From NCBI GenBank assembly GCA_003336485.1, contig QENH01000201.1, forward strand, positions 10,704 through 74,703: a DNA stretch of 64,000 nt, given 5' to 3'. This document shows, one piece after another, positions 20,092 through 29,400 of the stretch. The notes below the pieces were generated by a model. The model was not told the DNA's origin. It saw only the letters and a list, made by a program, of their open reading frames with translations, and searched no databases. Position 1 is the first letter of the stretch. Each line of letters starts with the position of its first letter. Both the position numbers and the translations under genes were made by a program. Origin of the DNA: Candidatus Methanophagales archaeon (GTDB lineage: Archaea; Halobacteriota; Syntropharchaeia; Alkanophagales; Methanospirareceae).

Positions 20092-20165
20092 TGTAAAGCT
20101 ATATCTTTAGTTAAACTAACAAACAAACTAACTAACTAACTAATCTTGAAAGACGGCCAAAAAAA

Positions 20166-22151
20166 ATGGATGATAACAAATATATAGGGCATTTTACGGA
20201 ACTCGTGGGATTGGAACGCGAGGAGCAGATGCGGCGGCATGAAGAGGAGATGCAGCGGCTGAGTGCTCGGGAACGGGAAGATAGAGGTAGAGCCTTTCTA
20301 AAGATGAGAGGGAAATCTCAGGACCTGGGACTGGGCGGAAAGCATATGGTGAAGTTTAGAAAACAAACTCAGGGTTCCTCATTACCGGAAAGCGAAATAG
20401 AAGTTGGAGATCTCGTACTGATAAGTAAAACAAGCCTGTGGGATGAGGACAACCCGCTGGGTACGGTAGCAGAGAAGACTTCGTATGCAATCACAATTGC
20501 ATTTGATAATGTGCCACCCAGTTTTGTATATCGAAAAGACCTCAGAATCGACCTTTTTGTTAATGACATTACCTTTCAAAGGATGCTCGAAGCGTTAAAG
20601 CAATTTAAAAGATTACCGCGTTGGCGTAAGGACAAACTACTCGGTAATACGACTCCTGAGTTCACTCATGCAGATGAACTAGAATTCTTTAATACGAAAT
20701 TGAACAAAAGCCAACAGGAAGCGGTTGTGAGAAGTTTAGCGGCACGTGACTTCTTCCTCATTCATGGACCGCCGGGAACGGGAAAGACGATAACCTGCGT
20801 TGAGGTCATAGCACAGCTTATTAAGCGTGGTAATAGGATAATAACTGCAGCGGACTCCAACGTGGCTGTGGATAACTTAGTGGAACGATTGGACAGGATA
20901 GGTGTGAACGTGGTACGAATCGGGCATCCGGCACGAATAATACCAGCATTGCGAAGAAGAAGCCTCGATTATCTCGTTCAAGACGAACCGGACTATCGAA
21001 AAGCGCAGGAGTTTCGGAAACGAGCATATGAGCTAAAAGAGCACATGAAACAGCATATCATGCCGGAAATGCGATGGAGACGCGGGTTAAGTGATGACGA
21101 GATAATGCTGCTTGCAAGTGAAGGGGCGACAACAAGGGGAATACCACAGAAGAAAATAGAGGGCATGAAGAAATGGCTTGATTTGAAACATGAACTAGAC
21201 AAGTTATTTGGTGATGCACGAGAACTGGAAGAGCGAGCAATAAGGCGAATTATAAAGGCTGCGACAGTAATTTGCGCAACTAACAGTACTGCGGGCTCAG
21301 AGATACTAAAAGCGGAAAAGTTCGATTTTGCCGTTATTGACGAGGCTACTCAGTCCACCGAACCTTCGGCGTTGATTGCCGTGCTAAAGGCGAAGCGGTT
21401 TATCATGGCTGGGGATCACAAGCAGCTACCACCTACTGTTTTGAACGAGGAGGCGGCATGCAGGAGTTTCACCAAGAGTCTTTTCGAGCGACTTCTGGCG
21501 CTACATGGTGATCGGATACGGGTTATGCTGGATGTGCAGTATAGAATGAACGAAGAGATAGCGGAATTCCCGAATCGAGAGTTCTATGATGGTAAGCTGA
21601 AAACAGAGGAACATATAAAACGGCGTACTCTTAGCGATATACTCCCGGAATCAGTAGATGAAGATAGTGAAGATGTAAAACCATTCTTGTTTATTGATAC
21701 GGGCGATGAGCTTGAGGAACGTGTACGAAGAGGTTCTACATCGAGAGAGAACCCAGGAGAGGCGCAATTGGTTAAGGATATTGCCGAACGACTGTTAAAC
21801 CAGGGTATAAGACCGGAAGATATAGCCGTTATCTCGCCTTATGATGACCAGGTAGCACAGATAAAAAGGATGCTCCGGGTGGAGGGCTTGGAGATAAAGA
21901 CGGTTGATGGGTTCCAGGGCCGGGAGAAGGAAGTAGTTATTGTGTCATTTGTGAGGAGTAACAAATCCGGCACTATTGGGTTCCTTAAGGATTTGAGGAG
22001 GCTTAATGTCTCCATAACGAGAGCGAAACGGAAGTTGGTTTTAATTGGTGATTCCAATACGCTGGAAAGCGAAGGGTGTTATAGACGGCTTGTTGCGTTG
22101 GCGAAGGAGACGGGAGCATATAAGAGTGCAGTCGCAACTAATACTGGGTAA
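20166..22151 (+). CDS. superfamily-1 helicase, Upf1/DNA2-like (AAA_11/AAA_12)
   Basis: 661 aa; Walker A GPPGTGKT, ICATNSTAGS, Walker B AVIDEATQ, motif V VDGFQGREKEVVIVSFVRSN, motif VI ITRAKRKLVLIGD. Confidence 0.85.
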   Translation: MDDNKYIGHFTELVGLEREEQMRRHEEEMQRLSAREREDRGRAFLKMRGKSQDLGLGGKHMVKFRKQTQGSSLPESEIEVGDLVLISKTSLWDEDNPLGTVAEKTSYAITIAFDNVPPSFVYRKDLRIDLFVNDITFQRMLEALKQFKRLPRWRKDKLLGNTTPEFTHADELEFFNTKLNKSQQEAVVRSLAARDFFLIHGPPGTGKTITCVEVIAQLIKRGNRIITAADSNVAVDNLVERLDRIGVNVVRIGHPARIIPALRRRSLDYLVQDEPDYRKAQEFRKRAYELKEHMKQHIMPEMRWRRGLSDDEIMLLASEGATTRGIPQKKIEGMKKWLDLKHELDKLFGDARELEERAIRRIIKAATVICATNSTAGSEILKAEKFDFAVIDEATQSTEPSALIAVLKAKRFIMAGDHKQLPPTVLNEEAACRSFTKSLFERLLALHGDRIRVMLDVQYRMNEEIAEFPNREFYDGKLKTEEHIKRRTLSDILPESVDEDSEDVKPFLFIDTGDELEERVRRGSTSRENPGEAQLVKDIAERLLNQGIRPEDIAVISPYDDQVAQIKRMLRVEGLEIKTVDGFQGREKEVVIVSFVRSNKSGTIGFLKDLRRLNVSITRAKRKLVLIGDSNTLESEGCYRRLVALAKETGAYKSAVATNTG

Positions 22152-22947
22152 GGCTCCCATCCACTTTTGCTCGCCTAACGGCGAACTTAAACGCCATAAT
22201 ACTTAGCGGTAGCATCACTATTGAAAACAATAGTAGAGCAATTATGTCTGGAGCTAAGGCTTCTAAAGAGTATCCTTGCAATAGCGCATGCCGCATAGCA
22301 TTTAATGCATATGTTATGGGCAAGAAGTAAGAGAAGTATTGAAGCCATTGTGGCAGAACAGATATTGGGTATAAGACACCACCGAGTAGGCCGGACAGAG
22401 CGCTAAAAGCCCAGTTTATCGGATCGCCTCGTTTGAGTACCATGATAAAAGATGCCGATATTATCCCTAGACTGCTGAAGCAAATAATAGTCAGAATAAG
22501 AACGAGTATAGCAGCAAAAATATTCGCATTGCCCATATCTACGGCGAACAGAAACACGCCTATCAACAGATAGGCAAGAACCTGAATAGAAGCAAAAATG
22601 AAGTCCCAGAGCGAAGAGAACAAGATTAATACTGAGGCCTTCGTTGGAGTCGCGAGCATTGCTTCCAAAGTGCCCATCATCTGCTCATTCCTGATGCTGC
22701 CTGAGAAGCTTCTCAGTCCGGTCGTCAGATAAGTTGAAAATGCTATGCCAATAAGAACGAAGGAGAAATAATCGCCGCCATAGGGTTCAAGATACGGTAC
22801 GGCTGCGGTTCCAAACATCTTATCAAGGAAATAGAAGGTCAATACCGAGAAAAAAATGCCGAATAGTTGTAATAGAAACGCAAAGCGATAGCTTGTTGCG
22901 ATTATAAAATCCCTTTTGATGAATGTCAGTGCCTTTTTCGTTATCAT
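22138..22947 (-). CDS. ABC-2 type transporter permease
   Basis: Six predicted TM segments, co-oriented just downstream of the ABC ATPase. ORF track starts at 23022, but the likely start is MITKKALTFIKRDF. Confidence 0.7.
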   Translation of the reverse strand: MITKKALTFIKRDFIIATSYRFAFLLQLFGIFFSVLTFYFLDKMFGTAAVPYLEPYGGDYFSFVLIGIAFSTYLTTGLRSFSGSIRNEQMMGTLEAMLATPTKASVLILFSSLWDFIFASIQVLAYLLIGVFLFAVDMGNANIFAAILVLILTIICFSSLGIISASFIMVLKRGDPINWAFSALSGLLGGVLYPISVLPQWLQYFSYFLPITYALNAMRHALLQGYSLEALAPDIIALLLFSIVMLPLSIMAFKFAVRRAKVDGSLTQY

Positions 22948-22990
22948 GCATCTCCTCCAGTTTCCTTTACTCATCCACTCATTCACCCAT

Positions 22991-23986
22991 TCACTCATAA
23001 ATAAGTTGAGAGAAAATATCATTGATAACTATTTCTTTAGTGCTACAAGCATGTATTTGACCGCCGGTATTAACAATCATTGCAATTATTCGTGGTAGGA
23101 CGGATTCTGTATTAGAAAGCTGAATATCTAAGGTGACTGCATCAGAAGATGCATGCGTTGAGAACTCAATAACGCCATTTAAATCACGCAATTGGTCAAG
23201 CACGCTATTAGAAAGGTTTTTCACTTTAATAGCGTATATCTCGCGCTTCTCTATCATATCTCTTAGTTCGTTTAGCGTTCCATAGGCTTTAAATGTACCT
23301 CTGTTGATTATTGCAATTCTATCGCATATTTGTTCCGCTTCCTCCAAGTGATGAGTGGAAAGAAAAACCGTCTTTCCTTGTTCCTTTACCAATCGCTCTT
23401 TGATAAACGCCCTTAAATTCTGTGCTGCACTTGGGTCCAAGCTTTTGGTTGGCTCGTCCATAAGCAGAATTTCAGGCTCGTTAAGCAAGCCCCTTGCGAT
23501 TGCCATTTTTTGTTTCATGCCTGTAGAATAGCTATAGAATTTATCATCCGCCTTGTCTTCCAAGCCAACGAAATTCAATACATCGTTTACCCGCTTTTGT
23601 GCTACGGAAGCGGAGGAGAAATTATGGAGTGAAGCGAAGAAGATCATATTTTGGCGGCCAGTAAGTCGCCAGTAAAAGCTTCGCTCTTCGCTTGCCACAA
23701 GACCTATGGATGCCTTTACCCCCTCTTCTTCTTTTGTGACTTCATAACCATTTACATATGCTGTGCCGCTGGTGGGTAAAACCAACGTGCATAATACCTT
23801 TATTAAGGTGGTCTTGCCTGCGCCGTTGGGGCCAAGGATACCGAACAAATCACCTCTTCTGATTTTCAGGTTTACATTATCTAATGCAATTACCTCTTTC
23901 TTCTTGAGCGGATGCAATAACCCACTGAATCCCCCTGGCGGTATGAACTTCTTTGTTAGATTAAATGTCTCAATGGCGTATTCCAT
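22991..23986 (-). CDS. ABC transporter ATP-binding protein
   Basis: 331 aa; Walker A GPNGAGKTT, signature YSTGMKQK, Walker B LLMDEPT, H-loop LSTHH. Confidence 0.9.
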   Translation of the reverse strand: MEYAIETFNLTKKFIPPGGFSGLLHPLKKKEVIALDNVNLKIRRGDLFGILGPNGAGKTTLIKVLCTLVLPTSGTAYVNGYEVTKEEEGVKASIGLVASEERSFYWRLTGRQNMIFFASLHNFSSASVAQKRVNDVLNFVGLEDKADDKFYSYSTGMKQKMAIARGLLNEPEILLMDEPTKSLDPSAAQNLRAFIKERLVKEQGKTVFLSTHHLEEAEQICDRIAIINRGTFKAYGTLNELRDMIEKREIYAIKVKNLSNSVLDQLRDLNGVIEFSTHASSDAVTLDIQLSNTESVLPRIIAMIVNTGGQIHACSTKEIVINDIFSQLIYE

Positions 23987-24044
23987 CTTCCCTCATCACG
24001 CTAATCCACGTAATTATTTAAGGACATATCCACATATAAAACTG

Positions 24045-25232
24045 ATGCTAAACTTGTCGCCAGAAGATACCGTTCTGTTATGCTGCACGAGAACGAGCAT
24101 GAATAAAACCACCATATATAAACTCAAAGAGGCTTTAAGTAGACGATTGAACTGGAATCATATCTTAGAAAATGCTCTGCAACATGGTATTGCACCCTTA
24201 TTATATCACAATTTAAGTGAGATGGCTGATGTGCCAGAAGAGGTTATGGAACATCTGCGAATGCAGTATAATGCGAATCTTGCTCGGAACATGTTAGTTT
24301 ACAATGAGCTGAGCAATGTTTTAAATGCGTTTGAACACGCAGGGATAGAGGTGGTTGTTCTAAAGGGTGCTGCGCTTGCAGAGACGGTTTATCAAGATAT
24401 AGGTTTGAGACCTTTTAGTGACGTTGACCTTTTGGTTAGAAAGAAGGATTTGCAGAGGGCAAAAAAGAAGCTGGTTGAGCTGGGCTATATATTGGATGAG
24501 GATGTCTCGCCGGAGAGGTATAACGAGGATTTCGGTTGTGATTTGTATTATGCCGGCAAAGTAAATGTCCTGGAGATTCACTGGGATATAATGCGGAAGA
24601 CTAAAAGTGACAGATATGCGAGGATCAAAATAGAACATATCTGGGAAAGAGCAGTACCAGCGAAGATAGCAGGTGCTGATACACGCATGATGTCGCCGGA
24701 AGATATGCTGTTACACTTTTGTGTGCACCTACCAAAGCATCGCTATAATCGGTTAATCTGGCTATGTGACGTTTTAGAAGTTATAGAGCATACAGATATT
24801 GATTGGGGATATGTGCTAGAGAGCGCCAAAAAATACCGGACAATGGCGTATATGTACTATGGTCTACATTTTACGGATGTGCTATTAGGTTGTGATATAC
24901 CCGAAAAGGTACTAAACGCGCTGAAGCCGCATCGGCCCGAGATAATGGTGCTGAGCACGGTATTAAAAGATGTCTTGTCGCGCGAGCGGAAGATAATGCC
25001 GATTCTCAATTTGATGAAGTTATTGCTGATAGATAGATTTCAGGATAGAGTGAGATATTTATGTGAATATGTATTCCCACCAGTGGACTCGTTAGCACGT
25101 ATGTATTCGGTTTCGGGAAAAAAGGTGTATCTTTATTATTTCGTGCATCCCGTCTACGTGTGGCTTGAGACAGGCAAGCGCCTTATGGCAATCGTCAGTT
25201 CGAGAGCAAAGAAGCGTTACCGGTGGTTCTGA
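24045..25232 (+). CDS. putative nucleotidyltransferase (NTP_transf_5-like, family often found in RiPP/lasso clusters)
   Basis: ~396 aa from the ATG at 24045. The ORF-track extension from 23763 overlaps the ABC gene and reads as nonsense. GAALAETVYQDIGLRPFSDVDLLV matches the G...R.xxDxDLLV nucleotidyltransferase signature; helical C-terminal domain. Confidence 0.5.
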   Translation: MLNLSPEDTVLLCCTRTSMNKTTIYKLKEALSRRLNWNHILENALQHGIAPLLYHNLSEMADVPEEVMEHLRMQYNANLARNMLVYNELSNVLNAFEHAGIEVVVLKGAALAETVYQDIGLRPFSDVDLLVRKKDLQRAKKKLVELGYILDEDVSPERYNEDFGCDLYYAGKVNVLEIHWDIMRKTKSDRYARIKIEHIWERAVPAKIAGADTRMMSPEDMLLHFCVHLPKHRYNRLIWLCDVLEVIEHTDIDWGYVLESAKKYRTMAYMYYGLHFTDVLLGCDIPEKVLNALKPHRPEIMVLSTVLKDVLSRERKIMPILNLMKLLLIDRFQDRVRYLCEYVFPPVDSLARMYSVSGKKVYLYYFVHPVYVWLETGKRLMAIVSSRAKKRYRWF

Positions 25233-25253
25233 GTTGGTGTACGGAGACCAAAT

Positions 25254-25766
25254 TTATGTTTTATATACGACGGTAAAAAAGAGTTTCATAATTCTCCTCG
25301 CAATCCGATTCCCGTGCTTGAGATAATAAACCGAGCACGAAAAGAACGTTAGCATGAGATTGATAAACATCCCAAATCCGTTATTTAGTCTGATTATTCT
25401 GGTTCCTTTTCGTATTGCAATGACCTTGCCAATAACGTGTTCAGAACGGACGATCTCAGCAGTCGTTGTATTATCACCTTTTTGAAGAAAAGATAAACTA
25501 TCATATTTGCGAATGACCCTATGAACGATGAATTTATCGAGATTTTTGAACACGATAATGTCTCCAACCCGGATTTCAGCGGGTTTAACTGATTGAACCA
25601 GCACCTTATCACCGATTTGTATTAAAGGAATCATACTTCCGGAAAGAACAGTGAGCCACAACTTCTGCTTTTGGTTATACAGATCTTCCCAGAGGCCAAT
25701 GATTGCGTTTTGTGATAATTTCGGCTCTTGATCTAAATTCCCGTTGTTGTTGGTATAGCTTTGCAT
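25254..25766 (-). CDS. signal peptidase I, archaeal/eukaryal Sec11-SPC18 type (S26B)
   Basis: 170 aa; box B LSGSMIPLIQIGD, box C/D GDIIVFKNLDKFIVHRVI (His-type), box E KGDNTTT, C-terminal TM. Confidence 0.75.
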   Translation of the reverse strand: MQSYTNNNGNLDQEPKLSQNAIIGLWEDLYNQKQKLWLTVLSGSMIPLIQIGDKVLVQSVKPAEIRVGDIIVFKNLDKFIVHRVIRKYDSLSFLQKGDNTTTAEIVRSEHVIGKVIAIRKGTRIIRLNNGFGMFINLMLTFFSCSVYYLKHGNRIARRIMKLFFTVVYKT

Positions 25767-25856
25767 ATTTTGTATTTTCCCTGTTATTCCAATTGTTAGA
25801 AAGAATTGAGAAAATGCATAAGTAAGTAAGTAATTGTATATAATTTCTGTAATTGT

Positions 25857-25893
25857 AAAAAAATACCGCAGGGGCGAGCATAAACACGCCCCA
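25857..25893 (-). terminator. hairpin + oligo-T terminator-like element downstream of surface-protein gene A
   Basis: On the - strand: GGGGCG-tgtttatgc-TCGCCCC then tgcGGTATTTTTTT; one of three similar elements (see 35553 and 37501). Confidence 0.5.
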
Positions 25894-25930
25894 ACTCTTT
25901 CTTTTCTGTTATTTGTTTTACTATTTCACT

Positions 25931-28882
25931 TCATGGGTTTTTACGTATTTTTAATGGCCTACCTGATTGTGGAACACCAGTTACTACATGATGGTTGCCC
26001 ACAGCATCATCGTATTCCACTGTCCATTCTATCCCTTCGTTTGGATCCTGTGGATTGGTCATAGCCACCTCAAGCTCGAAGAAGTCATGACTCCAGGCAC
26101 CGCTACCTGCAGATATATCTCCCAATTCCACTTCACCATCAACGATGTTCACATTCGCAGGCGCATAGCTGATACTAGCAACTACGTTGTATGCGTCGCC
26201 GGGTCCGCAGTTCACAAAGTGAACGTCCATCCAGCTCCTGAAGAGGTCTGGTGACGGGTCCCATTCATAGCCTGGTATGTGGTATGCAGACCAGCGGTAT
26301 TTATCCGGACTAAGTTCTGGTTGTTGCACTTCGCGTACAATGATGTAATCCACCTTCGACTCCGTATCGCTGTCGCCATCCGCATCTGTTACCGTTAACG
26401 TTACCGTATAAGTCCCTTCTGTCGTGTACTCGTTCGTTGGGTTCTGATCCGTGCTTGTATCACCATCGCCAAAGTCCCAGTTCCAAGAGACTATGCAATC
26501 ATAGGAACGCGATAGATCAGTAAATTCAACGGTTAGAGGTGCGGATCCTGAAGTTGGTTCTGCATTGAAATCAGCAGTTGGCTCTGTATCTGTTACTGTC
26601 GCTGTCGTAGTATCAGGCTCTGAATCCTGATTACCGTCATTAACTACCAAAGTAACTGTATATGTCCCATCTTGTGTGTAATTATGACTTGGATTCACTC
26701 CTGTTCCGGTGTTCTCATCGCCGAAGTCCCAGTAGTAAGTTAGTGGCATGCCTTCCGGGTCATAAGAGCCAGAGCCACCAAATGCTATTGGAACGCCCTC
26801 AACGCCTGTGTAATTGCCATTTGCATCAGCTACTGGCGGTTGGTCTACGGATATCCCTTCATCTGTCGAATCTATAACATAGGGATGGTCAGAGATATCG
26901 CTAATAGGGACGTTATCTGCTAGAACAATGGTAGTATCTCTTGTTGAGACTCTAAGAACGAATGTAGCCGAGGGTTCCGGATCGGGTCCTGATTCTGGTA
27001 TCACAGTTATTCGATAAAACCCTATCTTTTTTTCTGTTAGTAATATTCTATCATCCAAATCGCCATCACCATCTATATCGGGTTCTATGTACATAGCACC
27101 TGGAATTTCATTTCCTTCTTTGTTTATGGTTAAATTATCGGGGTCCGTCAGAATTAACTCAATTGGATTGCAAATGCCGTCTATTTGCATCTGCCATTCA
27201 AAGGGTTCAATAGTAGCCGTGGTTGTGTTTACATCGTATGCTCCTTCATCGTCTGTTACGTTCAGTGAGACATTGTAAGTCCCATTTTTCAGGTATGTAT
27301 TCTCTGGGCTCTCGCCTGTTCCTGTGTTTCCATCGCCGAAGTCCCAGGCGAAGGAGGCAATGCTGCCGTCTAGGTCATAGGACCCGCTTCCGTTAAACAC
27401 TATCGGGTCTCCTTCCGTTCCGGTGTATGGTCCATTCGGGTCAGATACTGGCGGTATGTTCTCGCTCGTCACTGTTATATAATCCACCTTCGTCTCCGTA
27501 TCGCTGTCGCCATCCGCATCTGTTACCGTTAACGTTACCGTATAAGTCCCTTCTGTTGTGTACTCGTTCGTTGGGTTCTGATCCGTGCTCGTATTTCCAT
27601 CGCCAAAGTCCCAGTTCCATGTTGTAATACTATCGTATGATGTTGATTCATCTGTGAAGATAACTGTTAATGGCTTTAAGCCACTTGTCGGTGTAGCGGA
27701 GAAGTTTGCCGTTGGTTCGCTATCGTCAATCGTAGCCGTTGTTGTTTTCTCGTCGTATGCGCCTTCATCGTCTGTTACGTTCAGTGAGACAGTATAAATG
27801 CCGTCATCTACGTATATATTCATAGGATTCTCGCCTGTTCCTGTGTTTCCATCGCCGAAGTCCCAGGCATAGGTGGCAATGCTGCCGTCTAGGTCATAGG
27901 ACCCGCTTCCGTTAAACACTATCGGGTCTCCTTCCGTTCCGCTGTAAGGCCCATTCGGATCAGATACTGGCGGTATGTTCTGAGGTAGAGCGATAGTAAC
28001 AGCTCTAATTCTCTCGCTATTTGACCAGTCATCATCTATTGGAATACTTGCATTCACGATGATATTATACTCGCCAGGAGTAAGTGCACTTGTATTCCAG
28101 GAATCGCCGCCGCTCGGATAGAGATAATGACCCATCTTTATGGTCCATCTATGCGTAACTACTGTCTGAGTCCATGTTGAATTTGCAACTTTTACTGTTA
28201 CATCCACAGATTCATTATAATCCCCTTCATTCACAATTTTGTAGTAAATGCGATACGTGTTACCAATGGTCAAGTTCTCGCTTGCTGATATATCCGTTCC
28301 ATTATACTTGATTTTTATACCGTTCGTATCTGGCGCGTAATCCGTTGAGACGTTTATGTCATGAATCGGTACTGCATCACAGGAGAATATGCCGTCTATC
28401 GCAATACATGTATCGGGCGTTCCGGTTTGATCTGTACATGCAAGTCCTGTAAAGTTCAGATTCGAAACACCTACCGTAACAGGACTGAACGTCAACTTTG
28501 CGAGACAATATGTGCCTGCGGGTACACCACCACCCGAATACTGCAAGTCTACAAACGCTATCCTGTAGGTGTTAGGTGCACCTCCGGGTTTGTAGTTCCA
28601 GCTTTCAAGAGTAAATGCAGGACCTGTACCGGGTCCGGTGGTGTCACCACTGGTGATATTAACAATGGTTGAGTCAATAGTCAAGTCGGCGTTACAACTT
28701 TTAAATCCCGCATCAGTTGTGAAATTCAAGTTTACAATCACATCAGTACCAAGTGCCGAACTTCCGTGCTGTGGATCTAAGTAAAAGGTACCCGTCGCTG
28801 AGACCGCGTTAATGCAAACTGCTACTAGCAGTATACTTAATATCACTAAAATTTTATTGTTCATTTTTTTCTCTTTCACCAC
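25931..28882 (-). CDS. giant secreted scaffoldin-like protein: cohesin-like N-terminal domain, tandem PKD domains, conserved C-terminal module
   Basis: 983 aa; signal peptide. N-terminal ~140 aa align to the cohesin pattern of the pseudogene at 48131. At least five PKD domains (WDFGDGNT motifs). Last ~130 aa (YRWSAYHIPGYEWDP...VHFVN.GPG) are shared with gene 35631-37376. Likely ATG start at 28863. Confidence 0.7.
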   Translation of the reverse strand: MVKEKKMNNKILVILSILLVAVCINAVSATGTFYLDPQHGSSALGTDVIVNLNFTTDAGFKSCNADLTIDSTIVNITSGDTTGPGTGPAFTLESWNYKPGGAPNTYRIAFVDLQYSGGGVPAGTYCLAKLTFSPVTVGVSNLNFTGLACTDQTGTPDTCIAIDGIFSCDAVPIHDINVSTDYAPDTNGIKIKYNGTDISASENLTIGNTYRIYYKIVNEGDYNESVDVTVKVANSTWTQTVVTHRWTIKMGHYLYPSGGDSWNTSALTPGEYNIIVNASIPIDDDWSNSERIRAVTIALPQNIPPVSDPNGPYSGTEGDPIVFNGSGSYDLDGSIATYAWDFGDGNTGTGENPMNIYVDDGIYTVSLNVTDDEGAYDEKTTTATIDDSEPTANFSATPTSGLKPLTVIFTDESTSYDSITTWNWDFGDGNTSTDQNPTNEYTTEGTYTVTLTVTDADGDSDTETKVDYITVTSENIPPVSDPNGPYTGTEGDPIVFNGSGSYDLDGSIASFAWDFGDGNTGTGESPENTYLKNGTYNVSLNVTDDEGAYDVNTTTATIEPFEWQMQIDGICNPIELILTDPDNLTINKEGNEIPGAMYIEPDIDGDGDLDDRILLTEKKIGFYRITVIPESGPDPEPSATFVLRVSTRDTTIVLADNVPISDISDHPYVIDSTDEGISVDQPPVADANGNYTGVEGVPIAFGGSGSYDPEGMPLTYYWDFGDENTGTGVNPSHNYTQDGTYTVTLVVNDGNQDSEPDTTTATVTDTEPTADFNAEPTSGSAPLTVEFTDLSRSYDCIVSWNWDFGDGDTSTDQNPTNEYTTEGTYTVTLTVTDADGDSDTESKVDYIIVREVQQPELSPDKYRWSAYHIPGYEWDPSPDLFRSWMDVHFVNCGPGDAYNVVASISYAPANVNIVDGEVELGDISAGSGAWSHDFFELEVAMTNPQDPNEGIEWTVEYDDAVGNHHVVTGVPQSGRPLKIRKNP
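26335..26581. repeat. near-identical PKD-domain DNA repeat (partner 27460-27709)
   Basis: Encodes TADFNAEPTSG...WNWDFGDGDTSTDQNPTNEYTTEGTYTVTLTVTDADGDSDTE vs TANFSATPTSG..., with long identical nucleotide runs. Confidence 0.7.
27172..27451. repeat. near-identical PKD-domain DNA repeat (partner 27712-27985)
   Basis: Encodes PPVSDPNGPYTGTEGDPIVFNGSGSYDLDGSIASFAWDFGDGNTGTGE vs ...YSGTEG...SIATYAWDFGDGNTGTGE. Confidence 0.65.
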
Positions 28883-29400
28883 CTATTTTTATCTTTTGAT
28901 CCGTTGTTGCCACATCATGCGTACAATATCCTGCTTTAACAGCAACAACTTCATTCCAGCTTTTTTTCATAAATACCATGCTTTTTTCCTCCTTTTTTTC
29001 TTTGACTTTAACTTGAACATGAACAATTCAGAACAGAACCACTTACATAGTTATTCCAAATTGCTATAACGTCATTTGTATCTATAATGCCATTATCAAG
29101 TGCCGTGTCTGCTGCCCATTTGTTCTTTAAAGATATACCTGCAGTGTAACAATCCCAAACGGCTATAACATCCGTTGTGTCAACGCTACCATCTTCATTC
29201 GGATCTCCGCATATCCACTTCTTGGTCCTGAAGTTATTGCCCTCATTACTCTCACTCACCGTATTATTGCAATCTGCACATACTGTTATGTTATCCTCTA
29301 AAGGTGTATATACCCACATATAATCGAAACATCCAATATAACTCTCGTTATGTGATAACGCCTCAGTTACGCAATCGTATGCCACTTCAGTACCATCGAC
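28883..29400. repeat. cassette repeat: 5' leader of gene A plus the 3' CARDB-like/dockerin module of gene B (partner 32617-33150)
   Basis: Intergenic 28883-29007 vs 32617-32760 and coding 3' ends 29008-~29330 vs 32761-~33085 are >90% identical (the last ~110 aa of B and C are near-identical); identity decays further into the beta-helix region. Confidence 0.85.

Noticed and set aside
23763-24044. N-terminal 94-aa extension of the nucleotidyltransferase ORF
   Set aside because: Overlaps the ABC ATPase gene on the opposite strand and reads as nonsense; the ATG at 24045 begins the conserved sequence.
28812-29069. + strand ORFs 28812-29069 and 32574-32822 (85/82 aa)
   Set aside because: Antisense artefacts of the duplicated cassette; their similarity simply mirrors the DNA repeat.
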